DNA of 64,000 bases from Amoebidium appalachense (GCA_963693365.1 CAVNZM010000002.1:9025059-9089058), one strand, 5' to 3'; positions 1 to 20,905 are shown, counted from the first letter of the stretch. Program-made: numbers and translations. Notes: generated by a model from the sequence alone, not told the origin.

Positions 1-57
1 GGTCCACTTGAAGGCGCAATGTCTCCACATTCATGGTTTCTTCCCTCCCCCCCCCCC

Positions 58-88
<31 letters not shown>

Positions 89-105
89 CACACCCCTTCC
101 CTCCC

Positions 106-137
<32 letters not shown>

Positions 138-356
138 CCTTGCCACCTCCATTCCCACCTGCGGGGAGCATAATCTTAAGACATCGACTTAACCGAACTA
201 GACCAAAGGATCATACAATTCGTGCCGAAACCTAATAGGCTGCATCCCCGCCTCCCCCCGCCCCCCCTCCCCCCTCCCCCCTCCTTCCCCCCAAATTATA
301 ACTAGCCCTATATTGCCATAAAAGGAAACTGACACGTGCACCGTTTCTATTTTTAG

Positions 357-1811
357 GCCTTGCTAAGGCCACTCTTGCCGGGGAGGACGTCGACATCTAT
401 CTGATGGCCCAGCCGCCCAACGGTAGGTCACGTGACTTACTTGAGAAACACCAAATGTTTCATCCATTTTCGGTCCTTTTTAAAAGGGGGTTTTGAAGCA
501 ATCTTTGAATGGGTTTTTTGAAGCGTCTTTTAGAGAAACATTCTAATTATGTGTTTGCTATCTAAAAATGCTTATTGGTGTATAGGATCGAACCCAAGCA
601 GGCTGCTTCATCCTCTCTTAATTTAGGGAAGTTAAAGAAGCTTTGCAGAGCATCTATCACTAGGCAGTAATTATCATACTAATTATTTGAACAAGGTCCA
701 ATCAAGCCAGTTTAGCACATTTAAGAGAAATCATAGAAGACCTTACAATAAGCGAATAGGATCCACCGAGGTCACTCCAACCCAATATGGGAAGTTAAAC
801 AAGAACTTATAGTTAAAATAATTTACGAGTAAGGTGCAAATATGTCACTCTTCATTGCCTCAACCCGTCTTTGGTGCAGGGGAATGGGTCAAGGTGGGCA
901 GCACCAAGTCACGTGACAACGGCAAGGTGGAGTTCGAGGTGCCCCAGCAGATGGCCGTGGGCCACGGCATCTACCCCGTCACATTCCTGGTTAAAGGTGA
1001 GCCAATCATATGTGCTAGCTGAAGCTTAAAGTTGTTTTTTTTTTTTTTAGAGGTCGAACGCCCACATGGTCGCCACACAATGTCTGGTTCAAAGATGGAC
1101 AATTGCCATAGGGAGCGTTGATTGGAAAGGCCGGAAAGAGAAGTGTGCGCTTGTGTGTGTTTCTTTGTGCTGTATGTGTGTGTGTGCATATGTCTGATCG
1201 TATTTGGCTCTGTATGCCCCCCCCCCCCCCCCCCCCCCCCCCCTCCCCCTCCCCTCCCCCCCCCCCCCCCCCCCCCTCCCCTTCACCTTACCACCACCAC
1301 CACCACCACTACCACCACAGCAACAACCATCAGCACTATATCCTCAAACCAAGGAAAGAGAAGAAATGAAAAGAAAATAAAAGAAAGAGAAGAAAGGTAA
1401 AGAAAGAAGGAAGGAAAGAGTCTAAGAAGCAAGAATAAAGCCTATCCGACAAGTGCAAGTAAAAGAACTGCACGCAAAGGACTTATCTGCATAGATAAAT
1501 ATCATGAATAATTATGACCCCTCCCCCCCCCTCCCCCTCCCCCCCTCCATTTTTGCTTTCGACTCACTGTGTGCATGCAGGGGATCACAGCACAGCGGAG
1601 AGCCAACTGTTTGTGGTGAGGCCAAAAACCGAGGCTGTGGTGTTCAACATAGACGCTGCATTTGCAGGTGTGTGTGTGTGTGTGTGTGTGTGGGTTTGTT
1701 TGGGAGAGGAGGGGGGTGGGGGGGGGAGAGGGGGGTGCCTGGCAGACTCAATGTCCACATTACATAAACTTACTGTCGCACGTGCACGCACGCACACACA
1801 CACAACACACA

Positions 1812-1850
<39 letters not shown>

Positions 1851-2069
1851 GTACACACGCACGCACACACACGAATACACCCCCCTCCTCCCCCCCCGCC
1901 CCACACACACACACGGGCACACGGGGACACGGACACATGTGTGCAAGGTTATGGAGAGTTTGCTCGCAACCCCACACATGTACCGGAAAGGACCCACACA
2001 CAGGCACTCGTGGAGTTGTACAGTGATGCACATGCGTGGATGCAGATAGATCTGTCGTACACTACTTCC

Positions 2070-2104
<35 letters not shown>

Positions 2105-2381
2105 TGAGGGGCTACTCACCGGCCCTGGAGGTTTCCGTTTTTCTTTCCCTGCCCTCATAACAGCATTTACCCCTTCCCGCGCCCACTCCTCCCCTCCCCC
2201 CCCCCCCCCCCCTTTCGACTATCCCCCTTTTGATCTACCTCACTCACAGCTCAAAAATTTACTTCATCAAGGTGCACGTGCACTCACAGAAGCACACACA
2301 GGCGCACTTACACGCACAAGTACACACACGCATGCACACGCACACCCACATGTACACGGCTACTCACTCAGTCTCTGTCCC

Positions 2382-2412
<31 letters not shown>

Positions 2413-2542
2413 AAGAAAGAAAGAAAGAAAAAGAAAACCTCCCGCACAAACACACACATGCATACATGCACAATACACAGGCACACACACACACAAACAC
2501 AATCACACACACCGGCACGCATACACACACACACACACAAAT

Positions 2543-2604
<62 letters not shown>

Positions 2605-4672
2605 GCGCACACGCACACGCACACGCACACGCACACGCACACGCACACACACACGCACACACACACACACAGCAAGCATGTCCATTACGGGCTCCGACCC
2701 CAAACTTCAAGCACGTGCCGTGGATATTGCCCGTGAGTGGGCCAACAAGGACTATCTACTCGTATATCTCACTGCACGCCCGGATATCCAACAGGGTATC
2801 CCCCCCCCCCCCCCCCCCCCCTTCCTCTTGAAAAAAAAAGAAAAAAGGTGTAAATTTCTGGTAGACGCAATCACCTCGGGAAACTGTTTCCTTACATGTA
2901 TCCAAGTTACCACTCCAGATCTGTTTCGACTTTTTCAGCCAGACACACAAGGCTTGCTTTCCAACCTCTCTATTTTGTTGGTCTAGATTCACGTGCAAGT
3001 GATCTTTTGGCTAACATGCACATTCCAGCCAACATCACGAGGTGGCTAGCCCGGCACAACTTCCCATTGGGATGTCTCCATTTTACCGGCCTAATGGACA
3101 CCAAGAGCGGATATCTCAAGGTGGGTATATCTAAATGACACGCAAATACATTCTATAGGTTTCCTTGTGATTATGTTGGTTGAAACACTTTTTTTTTTTT
3201 TGAATGACTTTATTGATATAATCCTTGAAATATGAGAAACGGAGATATCACATATACCTCATAAGTAAAATAGAACACTGGATATATATCTACTCCCTAT
3301 CCAAATAATTTATGTCTGCAAATGTTTGTGCAGGTGCGTTCACCAACATCAGTGGGGTTGCATACGTGGCACACACAAACTCCTGATGGCACACGCTCGT
3401 GTTGGGTGTGCGGCCGTGTATGTGGTCGTGTATGTGTGCGTGTACATATGTGTGCGTACGTGGATGTGTTCGTGCGTACGTGCGTGTGTGCGAGTGCGCG
3501 TGTGTGTGGGTGTTCGTGTGTGGGTACGTGTCTGTCGCTGGGTGGTGTGAGTGTTTTGCACGTTTCAGTATCCACTCCAGACAGAGGCAAAATGGAATCA
3601 TGATTCTGATCGGCTATTATCTGACCGATCGGTCCCATACACGTCAGGGATTGGTGGAGGAGACCGAAATCGTCGTCAGAGCAGGTGGGCCTTCCCCCCC
3701 CCCCCTCCCCCCCCACCCCCCTCCCGATGATGGGCTATGTTCAGCCTGCACGTTTTTTTATATTATTTTTTATAGTTCGATTTTGGGTTTATTGTTTTCG
3801 TGATGTTTAATGTTTTGTCCTGTGGTGTCTTCTCCATATTTCCAAACCTCTAATGCATCCCCCCCCCCCCCCCCCCCCTCCCCCCTCCCCCCCCAACACA
3901 CACACACACACACAAGCACATACACACACATTCTCTACTTTTCCAGGAACAAAACTTACACATGCACACACAAAAAAGAGCCAAGGTAGTTTGAAGACAG
4001 GATCAAGAAATGAATGTTACGAGAACGTCCCAACGCATTTGACTGATTCATTGCCATTTTTTTCTTGTCAGTTTTCGATATTCTCTCTGTCTTTTATTGT
4101 CGAACTCCTACACACAAACAGACACATAACCAATCACATAACAGACACAACTACACACAAACAGACACATAACCAATCAAATAATACGACCAATCAAACC
4201 CCCCTTCTGACTGAAATTTCCCTCTGAAATTTCCCTCTTTCCTTTTCTCTCTTCCCACCACCTCAGCCTACGGTAGCCCCAAGGACGTTGCCATTTTTGC
4301 ATCTGCCGAAATTTCAGCCGACAACATTTATATTTTAGGCAAGGGGAAGGACGCCGCAAAGTATCTTCCCTCAGGATACACACAGGTTGGTGCTCCCACT
4401 CCCTGCCACCAGCATAAATTGCCAATCTGTGTCATTTCATGTGTTTCATGCCAGCATTATATCCCTTATGTGCTTCCCAGTGTACGTTTCAACAGTCACA
4501 CTTTCCTTCCCCGGTATTTTTCTAGAAATCTTGTTGATTTAATTCTTGATCCTTCTAAAGCATCACCATTAGAGCCTCCTGTAATTTCTTCCTACAGCCG
4601 TCTGTGATGTCATGCTAAAACCTCCTCCCCCCCCCCCCCCCCTCCAACCACACACAAATACACAGACACAAA

Positions 4673-4767
<95 letters not shown>

Positions 4768-6449
4768 TACACACACGCACACACACACACACATACCGGC
4801 CCACCCACCCACCCACCACCACTCACGCACAAACACACATACATGCTCTTATCATCATCATCAAGTTCTCTGTCTGTCTTATCGAAAATCCTGCCCACTT
4901 CCTCACCCCCCCCCCCCCCTCCCCCCCCCCCCCCTCTCCCCCTTCCCCCGTTCGGCATGCCTAACGCGTAGTTGCTGACAAAGGTGTGCCTGTGTTGTGT
5001 CCACAGGAGCATTTGGATGAGATCAAGCAGAAGCCACAGGCAAACATTGGCCTGCCAGCAGTGGTGAGTACTACTTCTCCTCCCTCTCAACCCCCTCCCC
5101 CCCCCCCCCTCCTCCCCCCCTCCCCCCCCCCCCCCCCCCCCCAACACACACCCACAGAGACCTATCACCATCATCCCCCACCACCACGAGGTCCACCACC
5201 ATCCCCCCCCCCCCCCCCCTCCCCCCCCCCCCCCCCCCCACCACCTCCACCCACACACCCACCCGCACACACACCCCTCACTCTCTCCCTCTCCTCCTCT
5301 CTCCTCTCCCCCCCCCCCCCCCCCCTCTCCCCCTCCTCCCCTCCCCTTACCAAAAAGTAATGATCTGCTGACGTGTACGTGCAACACACACAGGACACTG
5401 TTCTGACCAAGCGAACTCTGCGCAACTCACGGAGCAACATAAGCCTCACTGGAAACCGATTAAGCTCCACCAATGTAGAAGTATGCAACCACCTCCCCCC
5501 CCCCCCCCCCCCCCCCTTCCCCCCTCCCTCCCTCTCCCTCCCCCCCCCCCCCCCTCTACACACACACACACACAAACACACACGTACACACACGCACACA
5601 CGCACACACAAACACACACGTACACACACGCACACACGCACATGCACACGCACACGTGCACACAAACACACACACGTCCCTTTGTCGTCCCCCCCCCCTC
5701 CCCCATCTTCCCCCCTCTCTCCCCTGCCACCCCCCTCCCCTCCCCCGGCTCCCTTTAAAAAACCATTCCACGCCCTTACCCTTGCCCTCTTACCTGGTAC
5801 TGATTTAAATGCGCTGGCCACACTTTCTGATTACCATGTTTTTGTAATGCAGTTCGCTTCCACCCCCCCCTTCTCGTGTGAAAAAAGAGCTTCTATATAT
5901 AAATTATTTATTCTCTCTCCCGGTCTTTTCGTAAAAGCCTGGGGGTCATCCAACTTCAAATCGTCCGTGAGAGTGAGACCAAACCCATGCAATGTGCTAC
6001 AAAACACTTACCCGCCCGTTCCCACCCGCACCACAACCTGACTTGCAAATGTGTGTTTGCCCACCATCTACAAATGGGAAGGTTTACTACTCGCATGCGC
6101 TTGGTTGGACTGCTGTTCTGCCCCTTAATAATCATTTTTTTGGTATTTGGTATCGACTCGGTTAAATTCTGTTTATATATACCTAACCAACCCTTCTCCC
6201 TTCCCCCCCCCCCCCCCCCTCTCCCCCCCCCCTCAGGCCCGTCCCTTTTGCCTCCACCTCCGCTTTCCCTCCCCCGGCCCACCACTTCGTGCTCACACAC
6301 ATACGCACACACGTGCACATGCATACAGTCACACGTAAACACACACGCACACACGCACACACACGCACGCACGCACGCGCACACACACACGCACACACAT
6401 GCATACAGTCACACGTAAACACACACGCACACACGCACACACACGCACG

Positions 6450-6497
<48 letters not shown>

Positions 6498-6595
6498 AAA
6501 CCGGAGGGGATAAAGACAAAGAAAAAGAGAAGAACCGCTGGTCTCTATCGTCTTCAATCAAGAGCGTGAAAAAGGCTGTCAGCGGAAGTTCTTAG
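357..6595 (+). CDS. PITPNM: Membrane-associated phosphatidylinositol transfer protein (Nir2/RdgB, PITPNM family), C-terminal LNS2 region; 5' end lies outside the window
   Basis: GT-AG exons with matching phases at 357-422, 880-996, 1581-1667, 2673-2795, 3029-3120, 3648-3684, 4267-4385, 5007-5063, 5394-5480 and 6497-6595 (TAG). They translate to [19 protein letters not shown]...[16 protein letters not shown]...[28 protein letters not shown]...[10 protein letters not shown]...[10 protein letters not shown]...AYGSPKDV, which is colinear with the Nir2/RdgB LNS2 domain. Confidence 0.92.
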
Positions 6596-6878
6596 GCTAT
6601 GTCCTCTATGTTTCCTCAGATTCCTTGGAGGAGGTTTCTTCGCTTTGGAGGGAAGAAGAAAATAGAGCAACTAGTAAATGCACCAGAATGCCTGTTAAGT
6701 ACCACATATGTATTAATCAAGCAGTTTTTTATCGTTATCAATACTCCAATAAGCAGTTCGGAGTTGTATTTTCAGGTTCCCTGCATCTCGAGTAAACACC
6801 GTGAACCCCATTTTTGGTTTCCATTGTCTAGTTCATGTGTGCTCTCGAGTAGTTGGTGGAGTGTAGGCTGTTAATATG

Positions 6879-6953
<75 letters not shown>

Positions 6954-7806
6954 CGGGCACGCACACACGCCCGTGCACACAGACACAAAAGGCACAGTAG
7001 AAGTGCCTTTGATTCAGTAGGACCCCCCCCCCCCCCCCCCCCCACTCCCCCCCTTCTGCCTTATCCAACCCACCTTATATAAAAAAGGTTCTTTTTTAAT
7101 TTTTGATATTCCAGGCTCACCACCACCATCACCACACACATGTCAGTGGGTTGGAGAAATATGATGAATGTTATGCACCCGTTTTTACAGATAACTATGT
7201 TTCTTAAGGCCTGGGATAATTGATTTGAAAAGGGGGAACCGAAAATAACTGGTGTGCTGATTGTAATGCTATGCTAAAATAACGTTAAAAACGTCGTAAT
7301 TTGCGGTCACATGTTTTTAGTAGTTGACATAATCCGGGCAATTTTAGCTTTGATCTCGTCGATACTGACGTTAGTACTGTATGATAGATGGCATATCTCC
7401 GAATTTCTAAATCGAAATTCGGACAGTGTTACCGGTACAATGAAATGGGCAGCAGATTATGTGCTACTGCCTTCAACTGAGTATAATAAATGGGATTGTC
7501 CCCACATTTTCCACAAATCATTTACTGATCTTGCTGTTGATATATCATAGGGCACTGGTGCTCCCCTATAATCCTTGTTTATGTACCAATTGCAACAACC
7601 ATTTTATCATTTTCCTCCCAGTTTTTCTTTTCTTCTCTTTTCTTTTCATTCTCACTAGCTAGCAAAGCTCTCAAGACAAAACAGGAACGTGTGTGTGTAC
7701 GCAGGTGTGCGCGTGCGCATGAAGTGTATGCATACATATCCCTTCCCGATCGAATAAAAAAATGATAAAAAATTCCTGTCTGCGTGTGGGTGTGCGCGGA
7801 ACAACA

Positions 7807-7875
<69 letters not shown>

Positions 7876-7928
7876 TGTGTGTGTGTGTGTGTGTGTGCGC
7901 GCGTACACGTGTGTGAGTGAGTGAGTCG

Positions 7929-7981
<53 letters not shown>

Positions 7982-7999
7982 GGGGGGGGGGGGGGGGGG

Positions 8000-8208
8000 G
8001 GAAAGGGTGGGGGAGTGGGGAGGGGGGATCGAGAGGAGGAGGAGGGGGGGAGGGGGGGGCAAGGGCGGGGGGGGGGGGGGGGAAGGGTGGGGACTGGGCC
8101 CATGGGGAGGGGGGATCGAGAGGGAGGGGGGGGGGGGGGGGGAAGGGGGAAAAGGGTGGGGAGTGGGGAGGGGGGGATCGAGAGGAGGGGACGGGGAGGG
8201 GGGATCGA

Positions 8209-8271
<63 letters not shown>

Positions 8272-8331
8272 AAAGGGTGGGGAGTGGGGAGGGGGGGATC
8301 GAGAGGAGGGGATGGGGAGGGGGGATCGAGA

Positions 8332-8340
<9 letters not shown>
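8000..8340. repeat. G-rich minisatellite (GGGGGATCGAGAGG core, six copies) interleaved with poly(G)
   Basis: The core ggggatcgagag recurs near 8023, 8110, 8173, 8200, 8294 and 8321; ggggagtggggagggggg precedes three of the copies. Confidence 0.8.
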
Positions 8341-8378
<38 letters not shown>

Positions 8379-9204
8379 AGGGGGAACGGGGGAAGGAGGA
8401 TTGTTGTTTGTGTTGTCGTTGTTGAGCTTGTTGTGCCTCCATAAAACAGATTGACACGGAACAATGACACAGTTTAATTAGCATACATCTATAGTGAGAT
8501 TCATCTTGGCTTCGGATTTTCACATACATGTAGCCTACTAGGGCCATTAAGGGCCATCTTGTGAAACTATAACAGCCAGCCAGTATACGTACAGTACCCA
8601 CAACTATAATGTTCACTCGGGCTATTTATGGCATTCAGCCAAGATATGAATTAGACGTAAACATGTTATTCAGATTAGAAGCGTTAATAGGAATACATCC
8701 CGGCTAATTAGTATTTAGTACAACCACTACGGTGAACAATGGTCTTGTACTGTAGTGGGGCCTAAGTACAACTTGTCATCGATGGATATATATCAAGATG
8801 GGACCCAATTTCGGGGCAGAAACTTTCAACCTGCAAATCGATCCGAAGAGCACATACGTGAGTGGCGGAGCGCCACGGAGGAGGGGAAAGGGGATTAGGG
8901 GGAGGGGGTGACAGGAAGGAGGGAGCAAGGAGGGGGAGGGGTGGGAGGAGAGGGGAAGGGATTGGAGGGAGACAGGAAGGGGGGGGGGGGGGGGGGGGGG
9001 AGGGGGGGAGGGAGCCTGGGGGAGGGGAGGGGTGAGCAAGGGAAACAGGAAGGAGGGAGTCTGGGGGAAGCAGGGGAGTGGGAAGGGGGAGGGGAATGGG
9101 GCGAGAGGGGAGGGGGGAGGAGGGAGGGAGGGAGGAAGACAGGAAGGATGGAGCCAAGAGGATGGGGGGGGGGGAGGGAAGGTGGGAGGGGGGGGGGGGG
9201 GTTG

Positions 9205-9690
9205 TTACTGTGGGTCGTTAGCGGCCATGGGCAGTAGACGTGTGTTGCGGATCTTGCCCAGAGCCACGGCCGAGTGAATGAATGTTTGGGTCTGCAGCTC
9301 GGCCCTGCATGCCCCCACCACCGCCTCCACCACATCGGCCAGGCCCTTGCCCACACCTTCCACCCACACCTTCGGCTCAGTAGCACCTGGGTACCCCACC
9401 CCTTGCTGCCAGTCTTGCCCGAGCCGTTCCGTCACCATGGCGATCATGCGCTTGAATTTTTCATCCGAGAGCTTTACAACTGTGGGGACAATAAGTGCTG
9501 CGGCCCTTTTGGTGTCGGCGGGGGAGAGGGGGGTGGCCAGGGTGATGGGCTGTTGAAGGTGCATGGCGGCCGAATTAGGTCGAAGGGGGTTGTATGGAGT
9601 GGCTACACCCGGGAATATGGCAGAGTGGCTGGGGTCCTTGGCAATTTCGTTTGGAGGGGTGGGCTGGTGGAGCCCGGCCTTGAGATTGCA
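9205..9690 (-). other. Isolated non-repetitive open segment, possible exon of a degraded gene, with an RNase III-like motif
   Basis: About 160 open codons between homopolymer tracts. Contains KGLADVVEAVVGAC, resembling the second RNase III signature (K-x-LADxxEAxxGA). No ERLEFLGD motif or clean splice chain was found. Confidence 0.3.
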
Positions 9691-9750
9691 CACTTTTTTT
9701 TTTTTTTTTTTTTTTTTTGGTGGTGGTGGTGGTGGTGGTGGTGGGTGGGT

Positions 9751-9782
<32 letters not shown>

Positions 9783-9991
9783 GGGGGGGGGGGGGGGGGG
9801 GGGGGGGAGGGGGGGGGGGGGGGGGGGGGGTGTTAGGTATCCTATTGCTCATGCAAACGGCAGCGATATCTTCAGAGGCTGGGTTGACATGTCAAATGCA
9901 AATGACTGTTCTGTCACTGCTATCCCAATATCCCTGAAAAATTCTATCAGAAGGTAGGTACAAGGTCAGGACGGACAGGGAGGGACCCCGT

Positions 9992-10029
<38 letters not shown>

Positions 10030-10570
10030 GGGGGGGGGGGGGGGGAGGGGGGGGGGAGGGGGGGGGGGAGGGGGGAGGGGGGAGGGGGCGGAGAGGGGGA
10101 GAGGGGGGGGGGGGGGGGGTAGGATCAAGCGAGGGCCGCAGGAGTGCCATGTTAAGACAGTTGTAGACTGGGGGGAGATGGGAGAGAGGGAGAGGAGGAA
10201 AGGGGGAAGGGTGAAAGGGTCAGAGTTGAGGTCAGAAGGAGAAGGGCTTGAATGAAAGATAAGCCACAGGTGAAATGGAAAGAGGAACGAGGAATGGAGG
10301 TGGCAAGGGAGGCAGCGAGGGGGGGCGCAGGGGGGTGGGGGGGGGGGGGGGGAAGGGAGGGAGGGGGACAGAGGAGGATAAGTAGGAGTGGGGAGGAGGG
10401 GGGGGGGGTGGGGGGGGCGGAGGAAATGAGGGCTAGAGGGGGGTGATGGGGAAGGGGGCGGGGGGGAGAGAGAGAGAGAGGGGGGGAGAGAGAGAGGGAG
10501 GGAGGGAGGGAGGGAGGTAGGGAGGTAGGGAGGGAGGGAGGCGGGGAGGGAGGGAGGGGCGGGGGGGGGG

Positions 10571-10611
<41 letters not shown>

Positions 10612-10970
10612 GAAGAGGCAGTTGGGGGGAGAGGAGAGGGGGAAGGAAAGGAGACACGGGGAGGGGGGGGGGAGGGGAGGGGGGGGGGTGTTGTTTTGTA
10701 CGGGTCTAAGGGAGCAGAGTGCACAGAGGTGTCATGTAAAACACGACCAACACAATAAAGAGAGGGCAATCGGAGTTGTTCACGATACTTGAAAGATTTC
10801 AACAACAACTGACTTTTATTGTGCTCTCGGGTCTTTTTGTACTTGTCACTTATCATCTTATCTCAACTAAAAGAAGAGAACCAATCGGTTCCTTCAGATG
10901 ATAGAAAATACATTCCAACAGAGCATACGCATTCCAATTTCCGACACAACTGAAGCTTATAAACTCTTAC

Positions 10971-12319
10971 TTAACCTATTCATAGATGATTTGGCTGTCA
11001 AGATTTATGCCGAAAATGATGACCCAATTAATAACTTTCCGCCTGCACTTCTCTATACTGATGATCTGTCCCTCCTTGCCCGTACCCCTAGACGCCTGCA
11101 AAGATTGTTCGATATAGTGTCAGAGTGGTGCAAGGCAACCTTATGATCCTTTATCATAGACAAATGTGGTGTTCTTGTACCTGATATAGCTAACAATTTA
11201 CACACATTTACATTATCATCTAAACCTGTACCAATCGTTCCAGAATACAAATATCTTGGTGTTCCGGTCAATTCTGTTGGTGTTATGTTTTCCCATATGG
11301 TTGAAAAGAGGGTAGAGCTGGCTCGTTAGCGGTTAGCTTCTTCTCGGCTAATATTTTTTAAGACACACCCCTCCATCCTTCTATTAGACTTACATTTATT
11401 CGCACTTTTGTCTTCCCGGCATGTGAATATGGTTTACCCCTTCTCGCCGCTTGGATCAAGAAAGAGAGAACTGGAGCGCTTAAACCCTTGGCAAATTTCC
11501 TTGAAGTAGAAGGTGCCTCCTTTCTATCTAACAACTGTCCTGGGCCTGTAACGCTCTCGATATATGGTCTGGTCCCAATAGCTGCTAGAGTATCCCATTT
11601 CGCGCTGAAAATCAATAAGCACATAAGCCGCTTACAGAATTATCTGCCCTCCCACCCTCTCTTCTCTATCCGACCTGTCCCCTCCCCACCTCTCCCCTCT
11701 TTCCTTCCCTCCCTCTCTCCTTCTTCCCGGGGCACAAATACAAATAAACCCAGCAAAAGTGTGCGTGTGAATTTGGACTGCCACTTACTTATTAGACATG
11801 TACATGATCACAAAATAATTACACAATATAACAAATGGAAAAAGATACCACACGACACTAGACCCGATGAAAGCAGACACCCTGAAAAACTAAGCCTTAT
11901 GTCTCGTTTTATATGTAATGACCGCCTTAACCATATTGCCAAATATGGCACTCGCAAATGTATAACACCTAAATACATATTACCTTCCTGTAGAACTGGT
12001 CTTTCTCTAGCTGATGGTATTATTGATCACTTACCACGCTTTTACTGTACAGGAGCTATACAGTGGAGATCTAAGAAGTATAAGGTGGCATCGTTTACAT
12101 GCCCAAACAACACACACGCACCCCAGTTTAAACGATCATGTATCGCCAAATGTAGTTTGATAGACCACATAATACCGCAACACACACACGACACATTCAC
12201 AACAGACACCCAGAAAGATAGCCTACCTGAAAATTACAACATCCTTGATTTTATACTAAACACACGTAATTATGACCTGTTTATTAGATGTATCAGTGAT
12301 TGGCTTGAGAAACACATCA
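10971..12319 (+). mobile_element. Degraded, 5'- and 3'-truncated copy of LINE family A (RT C-terminal part)
   Basis: Near-identical to 47389-48741. Has YTDD instead of YADD, -1 frameshifts near 11138 and 11339, and an aag>tag nonsense change near 11327. It stops just before the ORF stop codon and lacks the 3' UTR. Confidence 0.95.
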
Positions 12320-13261
12320 TGTGTGCATGCAGGGGATCACAGCACAGCGTGGAGCCACCCGGGACAAGTCTTGTATACGAGTGTGTTGGCATGATCATGA
12401 TGCGGCGTGAATAATTATTAACCAGAAGTCTCCTTCATACAGGGGCTAGAAAATCTGTCAATGAACCTGGCACAACGAAAGAGTGCAAGGCGGTGCATGC
12501 GCACGTGCATGACAGATCAGCAAAAACAGAAGTTGAACCGGTTTGGTATTTGATTATGGGGAAAACAGGTCTCATCTGCGTTGATCTACTGTATTTTTTC
12601 GTATATTCATAATCTTAGACTGTTGTAGTTTTTTGTTATCTCGGAAGAGTTGTAATTTTTGATGATTTATGATTCTTATGTAGTCACGTTCTGTCGTTGT
12701 GTTTGCTCAGTAATCATGATTTATTGTAGTGTCTGTGGCCGAATGCCGGGTTTAACATCTATTGTAGCCACGTAGGGTTCGTCTGCTTTATGTATACCTT
12801 GCCCGGGTCTTTGTGGTATTCACCATCTGTATCATACAGTGTGTTTCAAATTTCCCCATTGATGTCCATAATGTTGTGCACGACTTGATCGAGCTGGATC
12901 GGATTCGATTTTGACCGCTGCCCTTGAATATATATCAAACAACTCACCTGCAAGAACCCTGAAGACAAGCAGACAAATGCGTTCAATGGATTACTTTAAA
13001 CAACAATAACGGTATACTACACAAAATAAGGAAACGTGTACACATACTACCCAGCCCTTTAGAATGAGTCTACACACTTCATCCTTTAGTTTTGGACGGG
13101 CATTATAAGGTCACACAGGCCACATGTAAAAAACTCAATTTAAATCAAACATCTACGATATCAGTCACCTAAAAGGAAAACCACTCAAGAACCCCATTCT
13201 CAGTCGCCACTACAGAATAAACTCCTACTTCACGAGGTACACTCGGCCCGTCGACCACCCA

Positions 13262-13521
13262 CCACATAGTGGCTACATGGAAGAAGAGGAGGGCAAATTT
13301 TTCTTACGATCAGTTTCAAGTTTAGATCGGGTCGAAAATTCACATGCAAGAATTGTCATACGCATCCCCTCTACTTCTCCCAACATCCCAAAAAACCAAC
13401 ACACACATGCACGCACATCCCCTCACCCCCTCCCTCACCTCCCTATCTTCCCCACTGCTACATCTTATAAAACCACTAATTTAGAGTTGCATCCCCTTCC
13501 CAACATGTAGCCACTATGGGG
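13262..13521. mobile_element. Putative MITE of about 260 bp
   Basis: Perfect 15-bp inverted repeat catagtggctacatg (13265-13279) / catgtagccactatg (13504-13518) around non-coding DNA; no clear TSD. Confidence 0.55.
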
Positions 13522-14809
13522 CATATGTAAGTACTCGGCGGAGATGTCAAGCGGCTTGGAAATCAAATAAAGAATGTATATCTCGAGATAGCCGTACGAA
13601 ACCCGATTTGTATCCCCCCCCCCCCCCCCCCCCCCCCCGCCCTTCTCTCCCCCCTTTCCCTCCCCCCCCCCCCCCCCCCCCCCCCCCCGGGCGTTGCAAA
13701 TGAGCTCCCTTGTTCTCCGTCATGAATGTGTACTTGGTACTCTGTAACGCATTATACCCCGCCCCCCTCCCCTGCAGGCATCATCCCCCCTCCCCCCCCC
13801 CCCCTCTCCCCGCCCAGCCCCCTCTGTCATCTGCCCCCTTCCTCCCCCCCCCCCCTCCCCACCCCCCCTCCCCCACTACCACCACCACCACCACCACCAT
13901 ACATGATACCCCTAGGCCTGATACCACGTAGATGTCCGATCCAGGCGCTCTCGGAATCAATACGTCTATATTTAGAGGCACAGCACGAGGACACCTACAC
14001 ATAGCACTGCACCTGCACTAATCATAGTCATACATGGGTGGTGTGGGAGTGGGGGGGGTTTGGGATTCGGGCAGTCGTTCTGAGGTTTGGCTAAGTTTAA
14101 AGGACTATCTCCGGGATATACATTTTTGTTTGATTGCTTGCAGTTGACATATCTGCAAATCGATTAATTAAATGTACTTACACATGCCTTATATGGCTAC
14201 ATGTTTTTTTAAGACACACAGGAGTTAAGGGCGTATCTAGAAGCACTATAATCGAAAACAATGTACTAGCTGAATCGTATTACCAACCCCATAAACGAGG
14301 ACGAGCTTAAATAAACACTTAACAGCATATCTACATCAAAATGAAAGTTATCTGGAATATCTCGTCCATTATGCGGCTAGATTTGTGGACGTGTTTGTGT
14401 GAGCGGGTAAATGAATGAGGGAGAGAGAGAGAGAAAAAGAAAGAGAGAAAGTGTGTGCGTGTGTGCAAATGTGTGTGTGTGTAATTGCACACGCCAGCAA
14501 GGAGTCGACAGACTGGGTGTACAGACAGCAGAAATTTGAAAACTGCCGTGAAAACTTGTAAAGTACACAGTTCTGTATGATCTATGTTCAGAATTCACAA
14601 ACCAGGCGGCAAATAATCAAACTATATCAGTACTAGTCCACCCAGGAAGCTAAGCTCATTGTTACTGGAAATCCACCCTTTTAACCTTCACTTTATCAAT
14701 TTCTCATTCTTAGCCGCGATTTTTAAATTCATTATTGGCCCCCTGTTTCCCTATAGTTCCATTCACTTAATTGCGTAAAAATGTCATCCCGTATACTATA
14801 CGGCCACAG

Positions 14810-20905
<6,096 letters not shown>

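Noticed and set aside
575-605. B-box-like ggttcgatcc on the minus strand in a PITPNM intron
   Set aside because: No A-box or cloverleaf could be built.
1662-2831. Long His-Thr, Cys-Val, Pro, Gly and Glu-Arg ORFs here and throughout the track
   Set aside because: They are translations of (CA)n, (GT)n, poly(C/G) and (GA)n tracts, mostly inside introns.
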